Positions 37,651-51,232 of a stretch of 64,000 bases of DNA are shown here, in pieces. Numbering within the stretch: the first letter of the stretch is position 1; every line of letters starts with the position of its first letter. The notes beneath the pieces are model-generated. The model was given only the letters and a program-made list of their open reading frames with translations. It did no database searches and was not told the DNA's origin. A program made the position numbers and the translations under genes. Source of the DNA: Cetorhinus maximus. Its lineage: Eukaryota. The stretch is taken from NCBI RefSeq assembly GCF_964194155.1, contig NC_135885.1, positions 67,084,001 to 67,148,000 on the forward strand, in the 5' to 3' direction.

Positions 37651-38606
37651 CTGGTAAAATAAGGAGGATTTGTTTGAAATTTATAATACATTAAAACATG
37701 ATAGTTCAGTTGAATTGCATCTACAAATTTAATTTCTAAATGGTATGCATCAGAAATTAAATTAACATACCAATGTCCTAAATACCTTGCTTCTATCTCT
37801 TCAATAGATTTTGTGTTGAATGGCTCAAACAGAAAACTCCTTATCAGCCACAACACCAGCCAATGCCATGAAAATACTGAGACATTTTCAAATTGCTAGT
37901 TTCCTCTTCCAGTTTTTAAAAAATATATTAACCGTCTAATCCTAGCAGCAAAGGCCTACTCAAAGGTTTTGCAAATATAAAGCCTGTTACAATTTAGAAA
38001 TAAATTAAAGTATGTATTATTGTTCCATTTTAGGTAAGCATGCACTCAACAACTGACTAGTAAGCTATTTTATTTTCTTAATTATCCAGAAACTTTGCAA
38101 TGGAAAATATTCACTGTTGAATTAGCTGATTGCTAATGTTAAATGTGACCAGAAATAAGCTGCTCAAGTAGAATAGACAATCTCACTGTCACAAAGGAAT
38201 GTATTGCTTTTGATAGATATTGGAGATAGCAATAGTAACGTCCAAGAACTCTGAATTCACTAGGAGTGAATGTCTTTTTACCATTCTCTACTCTGGTATA
38301 CAATGCCAGGAACAAAAAAAAATTCTTGCTAGGGCCATGATTTCACAAGGAAAAGCAATTATCTGGTAGTTCTGAGCTGATAATCTTTCCAACAAGTTAT
38401 CTAATCAAGGTTGTTATTGAATTCTTTCGTGAGACATGAACACCGGTAACAAGGCCAGCATTTGTTGCCCATCCCTAATTGCCCTCAAGAAGGTCGTGGT
38501 GAGTTGTCTTCTTGAAGTGTTGCAGTCCATGTAGTTTGGTATACACAGTGCTGTTAGGAAAGGAGTTCCAGGTTTTGGTCCAGTGACAGTGAAGGAACTA
38601 TGATAT

Positions 38607-39860
38607 AGGAGCAGAAATAGGTCATTCAACCCCTCGAATCTGCTCCAACATTTAATTAGACCACGGCTGATCTTCTATCTCAATGACATTTTCCTGTACT
38701 TTCCCCATATCCCTAATGTCTTTACTATCTAGAAATCTATCAATCAGTGTGTTGAACATACTCAATGACTAAGCCTCCACGGCCTTGAGTAGAGAATTCC
38801 AAAGATTTACCACCCTGAGTGAAGAAATTCCTCCTCATTTCAGTTCTAAATGGCCTAGCTGTTATTCTGAGACTGTGTAACTTGGTTCCAGACCCCACCC
38901 CCAGTCAGGGAAAACATCCTTCCTGCATCTACCTTGTTAAGCCCTGTAAGAATTTTGTATATTTCAATGAGATCGCCTCCCATTCATTTAAACTCTTTTT
39001 AAAAATTATTTGTTTACGGGATGTGGGCTTCACTGGCTAGGCCAGCATTTATTGCTCATCTGCAGTTGCCCTTGTTCAGGGGGCATTTTTAAGAGTCAAC
39101 CACATTATTGTGGACACGTAGGCTAGATCAGGTAAGTACAGCAGATTTCCTTCCCTAAAAGACATTAGTGAATCAGATGGGTTTTTACAACAATCGGCAA
39201 TGGTTTCATGGTCATCATTAGACTTTTAATTCCAGATTTCACTATCTACCATGGTGAGATTCGAACTCAGGTCCCCAGAGCATTATCCTGGGTCTCTGGA
39301 TTACCAGTCCAGTGACAATACCACTACGCCACCACCTCCCCCCATTCTAGAGAATACAATCTCTCCTCATAGTACAATCCTGCCATCCTAGGAATCAGTC
39401 TGGTGAACCTTTGGTGCACTCCCTCAATGGCAAGTATAACCTTCTTTAGGTAAGGAGACCAAAACTGTAAATAAAGCTCCAGGTGCAGTCTCACCAAGGC
39501 TCTATACATTTGCAGCAAGACATCTTTACTCCTGTACTCAAATTCTCTTGTAATAAAGGCCAACATACCATTTGCCTTCCTAATTGCTTGCTGTACCTAC
39601 ATACGAGCTTTCAGTGACACATGAACAAGGACACACAAGTCCCTTTGGACATCAACACATCCCAATCTCTCCCCATTTAAAAAATACTCCATTTCTGTTT
39701 TTCCTGCCAAAGTGCATAACTTCACATTTTTTCACGTAATAATCCATCTGCCATGCTCTTGCCCATTCAGCCTCTCTAAATCCCCTCAAAACTCACATTC
39801 CCACTGAGTTTTGTATCATTAGCAAACTTGGAAATATTACATTTGGTCCCCACATCCAAA
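38607..39860 (-). mobile_element. CR1 3' fragment nested in the LINE
   Basis: MLAFITREFEYRSKDVLLQMYRALVRLHLE..QFWSPY; CR1 tail at ~38610. Confidence 0.8.
38996..39340 (-). mobile_element. tRNA-derived SINE composed of the 5' and 3' ends of the tRNA-headed LINE
   Basis: A-box TGGCGTAGTGG (39321-39331) and B-box GAGTTCGAATCTC (~39257-39268). The body matches 7210-7483 and the tail matches the LINE 3' end. Confidence 0.85.
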
Positions 39861-40308
39861 TAGTTCCAAGTCAGAATGGTATATGGCTTGGAGGGGAACT
39901 TGGAGGTGATGAAATTCCCATGTGTCTGCTGCTCTTGTTCTAGGTGGTAGAGATTGTGGGTTTGAAAGGTGCTGTTGAAGGAGGCTTGGAGAGTTGCAGC
40001 AGTGCGTCTTGTACATAGTATACACTGCTACGACTGTGCATCGGTGGTGGACAAAGTGAATGTTTAAGGTGATGGATGGAGTGCCAATCAATTGCACAGG
40101 CTTTGTCCTGGATGAGTTCAAGTTTCTTGAGTGTTGTTGAAGCTGTACTCACTGAGACAAGTGGAGAGTATTCTATCACAGTCCTGACTTGTGCCTTGTA
40201 GATGGTGGACAGGCTTTGGGGAGTTGGGAGGTGAGTTACTTGGCGCAGAATTCCCTGGTTAACGGTAATCCCTAAGATGTTGATAGTGGGGGATTCAGAG
40301 ATGCTAAT

Positions 40309-41359
40309 TGTTATGATATCTGACTTTGCTTTCTCCTCTCAGCAGCGGCGGCGGCGGGAGGGGGGGGAGGGTGGGTGGGTGTGTGTGTGTGTGCGCGTGC
40401 GCTGGGGGTGAGGAGTACAATCCCTGGAAGGCTGCATGAAGAAAAAAAGGAAAAGAAACACAGTGAGAACCGGATCGTGTGACCCGGGAGCAGAGTGCCA
40501 TAGTCAAGAGGAGTCCCAGACAAGGGACAGGAAGGGGGTGGGGGTGCTGCAGGGAGAGGTCCCAGTTAAGATGAAAGAGAGAGAGAGAGGAGCAGAGAAT
40601 GAGGCTTCAAGCAGGGAGAAGTCCCAGTTAAGATGAGAGGGGAACAGAGAATGAGTCTTCAAGCAGAAAAAGGGCTGTGTTTGGCAGATTTTAAGTGGGG
40701 AGGATGCAGGAGAAGTCTCAAAGATCTAAAAAGGCAGCAGAAGGTTACTAACTCCGTGCTGCAGGCCGCTGGGGCAAAGGTAACCCTTTGGAGCAGTAGT
40801 GCTCTGCTCAGCAGAGTTGATGTTGTGTCCAGGAGTTGGTGTTGGAGTGCAGACTCGAGAATCCAAGGGAACAGGGTCTCGGGAGATGAGACTGAAACCT
40901 TATGAGGTGGGCCATCGTTGGGGCCATCTGAGTTGGAGCAACTTGTTGAGAGAATTCCAAGGCTGAATCTTCAAAGGTGAAGACTGGAATCTCTCATGAG
41001 AGGGGCAAGAGTTTTAACGAGATTGACTCAGTGGGTGGGTTGTTGAGAAATCTGTGAAACCTATCTTGGTTGCATCTGCCATCTACTATGCAGTGTGGTG
41101 TGTTCAACCACAGTTTGCTTGTTAATTCACATGTACCTCATATTAACCCTGAATGTTAGAGTATAAGATAGATATTGTAAATTGTTCATCTTTCTGACCT
41201 TGTATAGTAAAGTTTATTTATTCAAAACCCACAGAATCTTGTGGCTTTATTCACTTTGAAAGTGCTTGAATATCGAACTTTATCTACTTTAAACAAAACA
41301 TTATTGGTCCATAACTGGATCGTACCAGAAACTTGGGGGTCTGGTCCAGGATTATAACA
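40309..41359 (+). mobile_element. Solo LTR
   Basis: TGTTATGA...TTATAACA ends; 4-bp TSD TAAT/TAAA (one mismatch); host LINE continuous across it. Confidence 0.78.
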
Positions 41360-43728
41360 TAAAGTCATTGAACATCAAGGAGAGATGGTTAGACAGTGTC
41401 TAACCCCACCCATCTTCAGCTGCTTCATCAGCGACCTTCTTTCTGTCATAAGGTCAGAAGTGGGGATGTTTGCTGATAATTACAAAATGTTCGGCACCCA
41501 TTTGTGACTCCTCAGACACTGAAGCAGTCCATGTCAATATGCAGCAAGACTTAGACAACATTCTGCTTTGGGTTGATAAGTGGCAAATATATTCATGCCG
41601 AGGAGGGTCAGGTAATGTCTATCTCCAACAAGAGACACACCCGGTTAGTTGTTTAATTGTTCACTATTATTCACTATGAGATGTGGTAGGACTGCAGAGC
41701 TTTGATTGGATCCATGGATTGTGGGATTGGTTTTCTCTGTCTATCGCATGCTGCTTCCGCTGCTTATCATGCATGTAGCCCTGTGTTGTAGCCTTCGCCA
41801 GGTTGACACCTCATCTTGAGGTTTGCCTGGTGCTACTCCTGTCATGTCACTCTTCATTGAACCAGGGCCGATGGCCTGGCATGACTGTAGTGATAAAAGT
41901 GAGGTATATGCCATGCCATAAGGTTACAGATTGTGATTGAATGTGGTCCTTCATCTGTTGATGCCGCAAGCTGCTAGTTCTGTTCTGAATCTATCCGATT
42001 TAGCCCACTGGTAGTGCCACACAACATGAGAACAATATCCTTAGTGTGAAGACAGGAATTTGTCTCCACAAGGCTCCCTATGATCTTGCTCCCCTCAGTG
42101 CTTCTTCTAAATATTGTTCAACATGGAGGAATACTCATTCAACAGCTGACAGAGGGCAGTAGGTGGTAATCAGCAGGAGGTTTCTTTGCCCATGTTTGAC
42201 CTGATGCCACAAGACTTCAAGGGGTCCAGAGTCAATGTTGAGGGCAAGTCCCTCACGATTGTATACTACTGTGCCACTACCTCTGATGGGTCTGTCCTGC
42301 TGGTGGGACAGGACATACCCAGGGATGGTAATGGAGAAGTCTTGGACATTGGCTGTAAGGTATGATTCCATGAGTATGACGGTCAAGGCTGTTGAGTGAC
42401 TAGTCTGTGGTACTGCTCTCCCAATTCTGACACAAGCCGCAAAATGTTAATAAGGAGGACTTTGCAGCGTCGACTGGGCAGGATGTGCAGTTGTCATTTC
42501 CGGTGCTTAGGTCGATGCCAGGTGTTCCATCGGATTTTATTCCTTTTCAACTTTTCTATAGCGGTTTGGTACAACTGAGTGGCTTGCTAGGCCATTTCAG
42601 AGGACAGTTAAGAGTCAAGATTGCTGTTGGACTGGAGTCCATTGGCTCCACATTGGCTAGACTGGGTAAGGATGACCGATTTCCTCCCCTAAGAACATTA
42701 GTGAAGCAGATGGGTTTTTAACAACAATCTGGAAACTAAGACCAGTTTTTAATTCCAGATTTTTAAAAATAATTAATTAATTGCATTTAAATTCCATCAG
42801 TTGCTGTGGTGGGATGAGTCCCCAGAGCATTAGCCGCATGGGCCCGTGGATCAAGTAACATTACCACTATACCACCATCCCCAAATGAGGAAAGATTAGA
42901 GAAACTTGGACTTTTCAGCCTGTAAGAAGGCATGAGGTATGTTTTACAGAACTACACAAGATAATAAATGATATGTAAAAAGCTGATCTTGAATATTACT
43001 ATACATTGGGAACAGGACAAGGGAACACAGGTTCAAGCTAGTAACATTAAATCTGAAGTTCTTCGCATAGTGAATGTTCAACACTTGAAATGGACTTCTG
43101 GGCATAGTGGTAGAGGAGAAAACCTTCCAATCACTTAAAAAAAGCAATTAAATTTCGCAATTTGGGAGGGAAAGCAAGGTCCTTCTGGACAGATGAGTCA
43201 ACAGCTTTCCTCATTCATAAGTATCCTGTGACAAGCTGGCCTGGCTTAACATCTTACAAAACCAGCAATGGAAACTAACCAAAAGATATTGCATTTCTAT
43301 CCTTACACTAATCATACACAAAAGTAAAAAGTAAACATATTTAAATGACAAAAGGAATTTAAAAATTAACAAGTGCTCGCCACTGTGCCAATATGAGGAA
43401 GCAGAAGATGGATTTTAAGGCCAGAAGCTTGACGAACATTAAGTGGAAAGCAAACTGTTGCAGGGCTTAATGGCCAAGAAAGCAGCAGGTCAGTTTGGGC
43501 AAAGAGATAGATTGGTTAGACACAGCAACTGAATGGCAAACAGAGGAGAATCCAATGTGACAGAACAGAGTTGGAACCCCGTGAGGCACCAAAATAAAAT
43601 CAAGTTCCAAAATTGATTTAGTAACACTAAAAATAAATAACTGTACTGTGGGGATGGACCACTAACTACAATATTACTGGCAAATACAAGAGGTTTCATA
43701 TAGACTACACACAGAAAGGATAATTCAC

Positions 43729-43875
43729 CTTGTCTAACCCAAGGTCATGGACAATTTTCTTTTCCCAATATGGACGCCGTTTTGTACATTTTATTCTGGT
43801 AACGATGTGCAGTTGGTGTGGCTGGTCTGGATCACCTTTATATTTTGCGTGATCAGATGGTTCAACTTCAAACAT
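43729..43875 (-). CDS. MRPL30: MRPL30 coding exon 3
   Basis: tag|[49 protein letters not shown]|gtg; 147 nt. Confidence 0.96.
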
Positions 43876-44386
43876 CTACAATTAATAAGAAACTGATTAC
43901 ACAAAAAAAATAATTTATGCAGATAAACCATCAAATTAGCTATGTAGCACTCCCAACATGGGGCTTCGATTTAAGTCCTAAATTTCAGATACAGAATTTC
44001 AGCTCCTCAGTCAAAGTGTGGGCAGTTCAAATCTAATGATGATAAAACACAGAGGGAGGCTATTCCATCTAACACACCTGTGCCCTGTGTTTGATAGAAC
44101 GAGCATCACTCCCTTGTGCTTTCCCCAAAACCGTGTAGATTTTTTTCCTTCAAATTTTTATCCAATTCCAATTTGAAAGTTACAACTGAATCTGTTTTTA
44201 CTACTCTTTCAGCCAATGGATTCCAGATCACAAGTCACTGTGTAAAAAATGTTTTTTCATGTTGCCTCTGGGTCTTTTGCCAATCACCTTAAATCTGTAT
44301 TCTCTGGTCACCAATCTTTCTGCCAAGGGAAACAGTTCCTCCTCATTTACTTTAATCAACAACAATGATGATTTTGTATCAAATCT

Positions 44387-46247
44387 TTTCTTTGGAAAAA
44401 TATACTTTATTCATAAGATATCTGAAAGAACATTATAAAACATTTCTAAATGGCCATCACAAAAAGTGCAATCAGATTCAACTTTTACACATGGATCATG
44501 AGGTGCTTCAATACAATCAATGTTACAGTCATTTCAATATGGTCATTACAGACAGTCAGTCGGTGCAATTATATTGGAGTTATCAACATACATCATGTTG
44601 CACTCTGAGGTGCTTCAAAACAATTGATACATTTAGTATTCAATGCATACATTCACTGTGAGTCATACAGCCCGAGGGGTCTAAACAATTCCCAGCCCCT
44701 CGGTGCACTATGGCAGAAAGATCTTAGACAGTGACCTTTCCCCATTGCGCCTTTGCGGTGGCTACCCCAAGCTTTGGTGCGTCCCTCAGCACGTAGTCCT
44801 GGACCTTGGAATGTGCCAGTCTGCAACACTCGGTCGGGGACAACTCTTTGCACTGGAAGACCAACAAATTTCGGGCAAGCCAAAGAGCGTCTTTCACCGA
44901 GTTGACGACCCTCCAGCTGCAGTTGATGTTTGTCTCGATGTGTGTCCCTGGGAACAGCCCATACAGCATAGAGTCCTGTGTCACAGCACTGCTCGGGATG
45001 AACCTCGACAAAAACTACTGCATCTCTCTCCAGACCTTCTTTGCAAAGGCACATTCCACGAGGAGGTGAACAACCGTCTCTTCCCCACCACAACCACCTC
45101 GAGGGCAACGTGCAGAGGGGGTGAGACTCCTGGTGTGTAGGAAGGATCTGACGGGGAGGGCCTTTCTCACCACCAGCCAAGCTACATCTTGGTGCTTGTT
45201 GGAAAGTTCTGGCGATGAGGCATTCTGCCAAATGACTTTATGACAGTCTGCTCGGGGAACCATCCGACAGGATCCACCATCTCCTTTTCCTACAGGGCCT
45301 GTAGCACATTATGTGCTGACCACTGCCTGATGGACTTGTGGTCAAAGGTGTTTCTCTGCATAAATTTTTCCACAAGGGACAGGTGGTATGGAACAGCCCA
45401 ACTACTTGGAGCGTTCCGCGGCAGCGCGGCCAGACCCATCTTTCACAATACCAGGGACAGGTAGAACCTCAGCACATAGTGACACTTGGTGTTTGAGTGC
45501 CAAGGGTCTACGCACAGCTTGATGCAGCCGCTCACAAAGGTGGTCATCAGGTTGAGGGCAATGTTGGGCACATTTTTCCCCCTTTATCTAAAGGCTTGTA
45601 CATCGCGTCCCTGCGAACACGATCCATTTTCGACCTCCAGATGAAGCGAAAGATGGCTCGGGTGATCCCCATTGTGCAGGAGTGAGGAATGGGCCAGACC
45701 TGCGCCACGTATAGCAACACCGAGAGTGCCTCACACCTGATGACCAGGTTCTTACCCGCAATGGAGAGGGAGCGTTGCTCCCACATGCCCAGTTTCCTTT
45801 CCACCATAGCCACTCACTCCTTCCAGTTTCTAACGCATGCCCCGGTCCCTCCGAACCATATCCACAGCACCTTCAGGCCATCTGACCTGATGGTGAAGGG
45901 GACAAACAACTGGTCAGCCCAGTTCCCAAAGAACATGGCCTTGCTCTTGCTATGATTTACCTTGGCCCCCGAGGCCAGTTCGAACTAGTCACAGATGTTG
46001 ATCAGTCTGCACACCGACAGTGGATCTGAGCAGAAGATGGCAATATCGCCCGTGTACAGGGAGGTTTTGACCAGAATGCCTCCACTGCCTGGGATCATCA
46101 CTCCTCTTATGCCCAGATCCTTCCTGATGAACTTAGCAAAGGGTTCTATGCAACACACAAACAGGACAGGGAAGAGAGGGCAACCCTGCCTGACTCGAGA
46201 TTTAATTGGAATGCTTTCTGATTCCCACCCATTGATTGAAACTGCAC
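44387..46247 (-). mobile_element. Tx1/L1-clade non-LTR retrotransposon, 5'-truncated, inserted in an old CR1 fragment
   Basis: VRQGCPLFPVLF, LYTGDI, LSIAGKNLVIR and C-terminal zinc finger CPRGGCGGEETVVHLLVEC. 13-bp TSD TTGTATCAAATCT (44374-44386, 46248-46260). AATAAA near the 3' end. Confidence 0.88.
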
Positions 46248-46354
46248 TTGTATCAAATCTCTTCTTTAGCTTCTCTGCTCTAATAGAGAGCAATTCCAGT
46301 CTCTCTGCATAACTGAAGTCCTTCATCTCTGGTACCATTTTAGTAAAATACTTC

Positions 46355-46778
46355 CATTTATAAAGCACCTTTCACAATGTTTAGCTGTAAAACAATTTGG
46401 GACATCCTATGAAGTAAGTTTGGAGTATAGTCATTGTTATAATGTAGGAAATGCAGCAGCTAATCTGCATCACACACTCCCACAAAGAGCAATGTGATAA
46501 AGACCAGTTAAGTTGTCTTCGTGATGCTGATTGAGGGATAACTATTGGCTAGGACATGGAGATAACTCTTCCTCTTTTTCAAAATAGCACCATGGTATCT
46601 TTTACATCCACCTTAGAGGGTAGACGGGGCCTTTATTTAATATCTGACACTGCTAACCATGGAGCAATCCCTTGGTACTGCATTGGAGTGTCAGCCTAGA
46701 TTTCTGTGCTCTGGAGTAGGACTTGAACCCACAACCTTCTAACTCAGAGGCAAGAGTTCTACCAACTACCAGCTGGCA
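46355..46778 (-). mobile_element. Full-length SacSINE1/Deu-type tRNA SINE
   Basis: B-box GGTTCAAGTCC at ~46720-46730, Deu core (tacatccacc..gggtagacggggcc) and L2-like tail. Confidence 0.8.
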
Positions 46779-46929
46779 CCTAAACAATCTAGTAAATGTC
46801 TTTTGCACCCTCTGTAATGCTGGATGTGCTTCCTAAATTCTGGTTCTCAGAATTTTGCACAATACTCCAGGCTCAGGTCTAACCAATGTTTTATAAATGT
46901 TTAGCATACAAGCAAGTTGGTCTATTTAA

Positions 46930-47880
46930 GCTGAAGAAAATTAGCTGCCTGCCAAAGCTGCCCTGTATGATCTCCTCCTTCCATGACAACAAGAGGGACA
47001 AGGTCAGCTACGATAGGGCAACATTGGAACTCTTTGAGAATTGCAGTGGGTCAAACAGCATTACATTCTGATGACAACACAGTTTGGCATTTTCTTCCCT
47101 TTGCTGCTGTCATTTGCCTTCAGTTCATTTACAGAGGTTGTCTACTTAGATACCAGAACTGACGGAAAGCTGTTCAGCCTTGGCTGCCTGAAATTCAAGA
47201 TGAAAGCGACCCAAGTCCTCATCAGAGGGTTGCTCTATGCTGAGACATTCCATATCAATAAACAACTGCTGGAGCCAATGGACAGACTCTCTCATGCCTG
47301 TAAAGGTTTGGTTTGACCATTAGCATCAGGAAGATGAATGTCATAGTCCAGGACTTTGCCATACCACCATCAGTTAGCACTAATAATGTAATGGTGAAGA
47401 TTGTGGAACCTAGATATGTGAAGCTATCAATCATTAGCATTATGTCACTCGATGCTGAAATCAACAGGTGCATCACAAAAGCTGCAGACGTTACGTCCAA
47501 CAAGCTGAGTAAGTGTGTTGAACAACAGCAACCTGACTGAGAATGCCAAACTGTTAGTAAGCAAGTCTGTGTCCTCAGTGCACTTCTCTACAGTAGTGAG
47601 AACTGGACAACCTATGCTAGACTGAGACCTCTGGAGGCTGACTGTTCGGTAGGACATTACAAGAGGCAAGGAGAAACAGAAAGCTCATCTGGATGCAAAG
47701 AGGACCAATGAAAACAGCGAATCATGCACCTTCTCAACCTAGTACCTTCATCTGCAGCAAATGCAGCAAAGACTGCCATGCCAGAGTAGGGCTCTTGAGG
47801 CTCACTGGGCAATTTTTAAACACAGAGTTGACCACCAAGGCGCAAACCATTGTCACACGAGACAAAAGGCTGCCTATCTA
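46930..47880 (+). mobile_element. Decayed RTE-clade LINE
   Basis: VYLDTRTDGKLFSL..VLIRGLLYAE (RTE RT, from LLYADD); C-terminal CSKCSKDCHARVGL zinc-finger-like motif. Confidence 0.7.
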
Positions 47881-49190
47881 GGCATAACTTCCTTACTTTT
47901 CTACTCTATGGGCTGGATCTTCGCAGGGTTGGGCCGGCTCTGAAGGCCTTTAAAAATGGCGGGGCAGGACCAGATTCCGAGATTCTTATTTCCATTTCCA
48001 ACACTGGCAGTAGTCAGGTAGCAAGCCTGTACCCTTCACTCCTGACCTGGCTGATTACATTGCAGGGGTTGGTGCCTCAGCTACCACTATCCAGCCCCCC
48101 TCCACCATTTTGTGGAGTCCAGGCAGCTTCTCAAGGCCTCTTGGTTCACAGTCTTTCAGCAGAGTAGTGAACCATAGTCTGGATTTAGGGACCTTTTGAG
48201 AGGCATGTTTAAAAGCTCTTACCCATACCCCGTTTGTCCCCCTGACTCTCACCCAGTATGCATTATGTACAGAACCAACGAGCTATGTAACAACAATGGA
48301 AAATCTTGAAATGTTCATGAGAAAAACAACACACATTCAGAAATCTGCTTTAAAAACTGTCGCTCTTACAACCTTATATAAATATCAGACACTGTCATTC
48401 ACAGTTTCAATAAAAGCTTTACTTCACTTCATACCTCTTAATCTTATCCAAATATACATGCAGACATTGAAAAAAATAGATCAAAGAATAAATTATTATA
48501 ACCTCAAAGATATCAAAGCTAACACTCCACTTCAGCCTCTGTAAACAGGCCCCCGCTGAGCACATCCATTAGAGAGTCTTGAAGCTCAGTCAAGCATTAA
48601 TTTCTGCTGATAACAGCTGCCAGATGGTAATTACAGGTCTATTAGGGAATCCATTTCCCCCCCCCCACTGTTTCTCCAACCTCTCTCCCTCTCTATTCTC
48701 CTCTCTTGGCCCATTTCCCCATCCTCACCAAATAACATTCCGCACCAACCCCTATCACTTTTTTCCTACTACCACAAGCACTCCTTCTCCATATACTCCT
48801 TTTCTCAATTCAATTTTAATGAAAGATTTGTATTTATATGGTGCTTTTCAAGACCACAGAAGGTCCCTAATTGCTTTACAGCCAATGAAGCACTTTTGAA
48901 ATGTAGTCACTGTTTTCATGTAGCCTTCTATTCCATCCTTCCTCTTCAACACCCATGTACTTCTAAGAAATTTGCTGATGACACCAGGTGATGCTGACGG
49001 TTGACTTGCACAAGAAAGTATAAACAAAATACACTAGAATACAACACAGGTCTGTTAGATGAAAAGGAAACATGAGATGATTACTTAAGCATTCATGCAG
49101 TAATGGGTGTAATGATGGCTTTATTACTAGGTTAAGCAATACTTCAATATTTAATGGATTGTGAATAAATCTAATTACAGATGCTCTCAC

Positions 49191-49274
49191 CTTTTCTGGA
49201 ATACGAGCCTTAGTGAATTTCATTCGTATGAATCCAGGCCATGATAATGGAATCAAAAACTGTTCCACTAAGTT
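49191..49274 (-). CDS. MRPL30: MRPL30 coding exon 2
   Basis: ttttgcag|NLVEQFLIPLSWPGFIRMKFTKARIPEK|gtgag; 84 nt. Confidence 0.93.
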
Positions 49275-49402
49275 CTGCAAAAAGGAATTAAAAGTCTTAG
49301 AAGTAACTGATTTACGTTACAGGAGGCAAAAGGTTGAATTCAATGTTAGCTTTCCAGTCAATGGAACATTCCATAGAAAAAATTGAAGGAGTGTTTATTC
49401 CA

Positions 49403-49591
49403 TGAGTTCATGATGCTCACGGCCTTGGAGGAGATGCCGGTGTCGGGGTGAACCTGCTTCATCACTCTGTAGATGTAGATGGAGTAACTCTCTTTCCTTG
49501 ACCTTCGCCGCTTCTTCCTGCCCTTTGCTGACGGTTTCTTTAAGGCTTTTTTGGCTCCTTTCTTGGGAGCTGGTTTCTTCTCATCAACCAT
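49403..49591 (-). pseudogene. H2B: Histone H2B pseudogene A, 3'-truncated
   Basis: [63 protein letters not shown], then homology stops. Confidence 0.92.
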
Positions 49592-50184
49592 TTTTCAATT
49601 TCAGAGGACCAGAAGTAGTTGCATCTCAATTAGAATTATTTACACACCTTCAAAATGCTGAACTGCAGCTGGTGTTGAGTGTTGGTGTTGAGCCTTCAGT
49701 ACTTACTTAAAAGCTCACAGATCCCACGTTTCTGACAAAAAAAAATCACCAGCAAGAAAAGCCAGATACCATCAAAAACACACGCTGGATGCCAAACTAA
49801 AAGAGATGAAGACCAATGGTGGGAGAACAAGGTTCTACAGGGGAGGTTAGATTAATAGTCCAGTGACATTACCACTATGCCACCCCACCAAAAGCCGATG
49901 TCTCTGTCATCAAACAATCCCAACATTTGAGGAGAACAGAACTGGGTCCCTAGAGAACAAGCCAGCATGCCACAAAACTAGTACCTTCACCCACCCCTCC
50001 AACAGTGACTTTGTATGTAATATTTGCAGTTGCATCTGAAAAGCAAGATTTGGCTTAACGTCATATATGAGACGATACCAACCTAGATGGTAAACAATTG
50101 GTCTCCTTGGGAACACTCGTCCATCGAAGTGATGGAAGAATCCATTGCTTGCTTAAAACCTGTTACAACTCTGACCCTTAGCAG

Positions 50185-50280
50185 TTTGAGTAAGAGGTAA
50201 TCAGCCTGAGACATTAACTTTGTTTCTCTCTCCACAGATGCTGCCAGACCTGCTGAGTGTTTCCAACATTTTCTATTTTT
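50185..50280 (+). mobile_element. Penelope-type terminal remnant
   Basis: tgtttctctctccacagatgctgccagacctgctgagtgtttcca motif. Confidence 0.6.
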
Positions 50281-51232
50281 CCCATGACATTTCTGGAAGA
50301 CCAGAATCCAGAGCTAGGCGTCACGGCATAAAAATACGGGGTCGCCCATTTAGGAAACTACAAGGGGAGGCATCCTTTCCAGATCCACCCTGTCAAGACT
50401 CCTCAGGACCTTAGTGTAGTGTGTGCAGACATCTTGACTGCTATATTAGGTATACAGTTGTGGTTTCTTAATGCAAATGCCATAACACAAACGTAAAAGT
50501 TACAAGTGAAACTATTAAATTCGATTGCTACTAGGTAGAACTAATATTTTAAACATTTCAATTAAAAAATTTACCATACTATTCTGTCATTTCATAATTT
50601 CATAGTGGGTGCATAATGAGTAACTTTATTAATATTTATCAATTTGAATAACAGTTGCTTTTGTGATTTCTTCCAATACCTCAGGTGGGATGCCAATGGC
50701 TCTCAGAACTTACTCACAGACAGTTGCTTTATGGCCTTGGTGACTTCAGCTTGAGATGGATTGAGTACAAGCTCATCCAGAATGCAATGTTGTGGAAGTG
50801 ATTCAATGGTGTTATTACATGCTGTGGATTCTTGGTTTCTGAGACTGTTAAAGTGCTCTCCAACGAGAGAGAGAGAGAGAATCTAATGCCTGTTCATTAG
50901 GAGCTGACTGCTGAGAGGACGGGTGTTACTGCATAGGCTTTGGGACCAGAGACAGATCCGAGAACTTCATGGAGAGCCTTCAGGTCATGCTTATCGGCAG
51001 CTTCCTGAAACTCTGCAACCTTGTTCTCTCACCATTTGGCTTCCAGCATGTGTTTTGTTTGATAGTATCTGGTTTTTCTTGCTGGTGATTTTTTGTCAGA
51101 AGTGTAGGATCTGTGAGCTTTTAAGTAAGTACAGAAGGCCTTACACTCAACACCAGCTGCAGTTCAGCATTTTGAAGGTGTGTAAATAATTCTAATTGAG
51201 GTGCAACAACTTCTGGTCCTCTGAAATTAAAA

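Larger units (their letters stand above)
38415..42882 (-). mobile_element. Second tRNA-headed CR1/L2-group LINE, hosting nested CR1, SINE and solo LTR, with an internal inversion at ~41393-41635
   Basis: 3' tail at 38415-38605 resumes at 39863. APE ORF 42135-42386 (VILMESYL..IPGYVLSHQQDR..LLLITTY). The RT core piece lies on the + strand at 41400-41635. tRNA-like head at ~42800-42882. Confidence 0.8.

Noticed and set aside
49310-49374. Alternative MRPL30 first exon (MECSIDWK...)
   Set aside because: It would need a ~45-nt intron and does not resemble a presequence; the CpG-island exon at 52237-52272 fits better.
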